The position numbers were made by a program, and so were the translations under genes. Below the pieces are notes generated by a model. That model made no database searches. It saw only the letters and a list, made by a program, of their open reading frames with translations, and had not been told where the DNA came from. A DNA stretch of 64,000 nt, taken from positions 104,346,001-104,410,000 of the forward strand of contig NC_088796.1 of the NCBI RefSeq assembly GCF_011386835.1, given 5' to 3'. Below, one piece after another: positions 61,495-64,000 of this stretch. Origin of the DNA: Chrysemys picta bellii. Lineage: Eukaryota. Within the stretch, counting starts at the first letter, position 1. Each line of letters begins with the position of its first letter.

Positions 61495-63336
61495 CCTGGA
61501 CATACACAAATCTTTAACCATCCCGGTACCCCACCTCCTCCTGGGAACTTCCCATCCCCCTCAGTGCTGGTGTTTTTTTTTGTTTGTCTCTCTTCTCCGG
61601 TTGTTGTTTTTTAATAAAAGAATTGTGTTGGTTTGAAAGCAATTTTTATTCTATTAATTGAAAGCAAACAGAGCCCTGCAAAGCAACAGGCTATTTTCTT
61701 TAACCTTCATAGTGCATCATCTGCACCAATCACAATCACCTCCTAGTATTACAAGCACTGCACTCCTGAGCATAGCAACAAATATTAGTGGCTTTCAGCT
61801 TCAAATTGCTGCCTCAAGGCAACCCTGATCCTTATGGCCCCGCGCTGCACCCCTGTAATAGCCCTGTTCTCTGGCTGTTCAAATTCAGCCTCCAGGCACT
61901 GAGGCTCAGCGGTCTAGCCCGAGTGAAGCTTCACCCTTCCCATCACAAAAATCATGGACGTGACGATAAGCATAGGAATATTGTCATCGGCCAGGTCCAG
62001 CCTCCCATATAGGCAGCGCCAGCGGGCCTTTAAATGGCCAAAAGCACACTCAACAGTCATTCTGCACTTCCTCAGCCTGTCATTGAACTGCTCCTTGCTG
62101 CTGTCAAGGTGCCACATGTATGGCTTCATAAGCCACGGCATTAAGGGCTAGGCAGGGTCTTCCAGGATCACAGTGGGCATTTTGACTTCCCCTATGATAA
62201 TTTTCTGGTCTGGGAAGAAAGTTCCTGCTTGCAGCTTTCTGAACAGGCCTGTGTTCCAAAAGATGTGGGCGTCATTCACCTTTCTGGACCAGCCTGTGTT
62301 AATGTCGGTGAAACGCCCACGGTGATCCACAAGTGCCTGGAGAATCATAGAGAAATACCCCTTCCGATTAATGTACTTGGTGGCTAGATGGTCTGGTGCC
62401 AGAATTGGAATATGCGTGTCATCTATTGCCCCTCCGCAGTTAGGGAAGCCCATTTGTTCAAAGCCGTCCACAATGTCACGCACATTGCCCAGAGTCACGG
62501 TCTTTCGGAACTGGATGCGATTAATGGCCCTGCACACTTCAGTCAACACGAGTCCAATGGTCGACTTTCCCCACTCCGAACTGGTTAGCGATTGATTGGT
62601 AGTAGTCTGGAGTATCCAGCTTCCACGGTGCAATCACCACTCACTTCTCCAACGACAGGGCAGCTCTCATTCTCGTGTCCTTGTGTAACAGGGCTGGAGT
62701 GAGCTCATCACACAGTCCCATGAATGTGGCTTTCCTCATCCAAAAATTCTGCAGCCACTGCTCGTCACCCCAGACGTGACGTGACGATGTGACCCCATCA
62801 CTCAGTGCTTGTTTCCTGAGCCCAAAAGTGGTGTTCCACCGTGGTCAGCACCTCCGTGAATGCCACAAGCAATCTCATGTCGTAGCTACTATGTGTGGCG
62901 AGATCAATGTCAAACTCCTCGTGCCTTTGTAGTTTAAGGAATAACTCCACCGCCACTCGTGACATGTTAGTGAGAGCGAGTAGTCATCAGTGCAGGATCC
63001 ATTCCTGCAGACCAAAGAGGCAGAGGGCACAGTACACAAACTGTTGAAAGATGGTGCCAAATGTGGACAGAAGCACAGGGATTGCTGGGATGCAAAGCAA
63101 TGCATCACAGGGTATTGGGACAGGACCCAGAATGCCCCGCAACCCCCTCCACCTTCCCACAATTCTTAGCGGCAGAAGAGGAAGAGATGCTCTGTGGGAT
63201 AGCTGCCCAGAGTGCACCACTCTGAATACCACTGCAAGTGCCACAAGTGTGAACACGCAACAGTGGTTTCCCTTCAGCGCTCTCTGAGCAGTGATGTAAC
63301 TGCTGGCGATGTAACTCTGCCAGTGTAGACATACCC
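61495..63336 (-). mobile_element. Truncated autonomous-type PIF/Harbinger transposon (right TIR present, Myb/SANT half missing)
   Basis: Right terminus cagtgtagacataccc followed by tta; transposase pseudogene inside; opposed polyA signals at 61613-61618 (+) and 61645-61650 (-); left boundary approximate. Confidence 0.88.
61785..63002 (-). pseudogene. Harbinger (HARBI1-like) DDE transposase, disabled
   Basis: MDPAL start; FPNCGGAIDDTHIPI, YINRKGYFSMILQALVDHRGRFTDI, EDPA*PLMPWLMKPY (in-frame stop at the GDPAY Tyr), RMTVECAFGHLKARWRCL, C-terminus RQQFEAESH*; frameshifts near both ends. Confidence 0.95.
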
Positions 63337-63807
63337 TTAGGCTCAGAGAGAGCTTTGAATTCAAGTGTTTAACTATAATTATTTCCTCCAAGCCAAACTG
63401 TATATTTTGCAAAGTCAGAATGGTGATGGCAAGAGTCGTTGTTGCCCAGTTACTGATTGAGATTAATATCACTGTGGCAAACATACATGCCCAAGTTCTT
63501 TACTTCTTTGACACTATATTCTCCTAGGGACAACTTTAACCTATTCCATTCCAAAGCTGTGGATAAGGATCCAGTCCCTCCAAATCCCTTTCTCTGCCTC
63601 CTAAATCAAGAACAACTGGTAAATAATCCATAGCTGAATGTAACCTCTTTGACATTTGCACAGACTTGTAATCATGGCTCTTACAACCATTTTTTATTTC
63701 TGTTTCTCTCCTCTCATTATAGCTATCTATGATGCCATTATCCCTCCAGTTTTCTTACACAATATCTCCAATAATCCATCAGTTCCACTCTATTTCCACT
63801 GCAAAAC

Positions 63808-64000
63808 TCAGAGATTCAGAGATTCCAAGGCCAGAGGGGACCATTGTGATCATCTAGTCTGACCTCATGTATAGCACAGGCCATAGAATGTTCCCAAAAT
63901 AATTCCTGGAGAAGATCTTTTTGAAAAACATCCAATAATGATTGAAAAATTGTCAGTGATGGAGACCCTTTGTAAACTGTTCCAACGGTTAGTGACTCTC
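63808..64000 (-). mobile_element. CR1 3' end, continuing beyond the window (same subfamily as 1975-3584)
   Basis: Reverse complement of the CR1 3' UTR: tcagagattcagagattccaaggccagaggggaccattgtgatcatctagtctgacc. Confidence 0.85.

Overview
Vertebrate genomic DNA, most likely from a hidden-necked (cryptodiran) turtle. It carries a tortoise polIII/SINE, turtle-type CR1 LINEs ending in (ATTCTATG)n, and Harbinger and hAT MITEs. The only host gene I can support is the first coding exon of centlein (CNTLN) on the minus strand (23104-23220), inside a CpG-island promoter (about 22.6-24.2 kb). Positions 1-23103 appear to be intron 1, since I found no exon 2. The right 40 kb is upstream intergenic DNA, towards BNC2 if human synteny holds. 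The rest is dense, often nested transposable-element sequence: CR1, decayed L1, RTE and Vingi LINEs, Penelope remnants, solo LTRs, SINEs, many hAT and Harbinger MITEs, and one broken Harbinger transposase. I cannot demonstrate a new biological system. The best leads are (i) an unusually long 1835-bp TG..CA element with a perfect 5-bp TSD, internal splice signals and a terminal polyA signal, and (ii) two 285-bp Harbinger MITE copies whose hairpin arms differ by compensatory base-pair changes. Two further leads are (iii) TSD-flanked Penelope mini-insertions, one a perfect 30-bp hairpin, and (iv) a dense family of short palindromic elements. Family names come from motif recognition and memory, not database searches.
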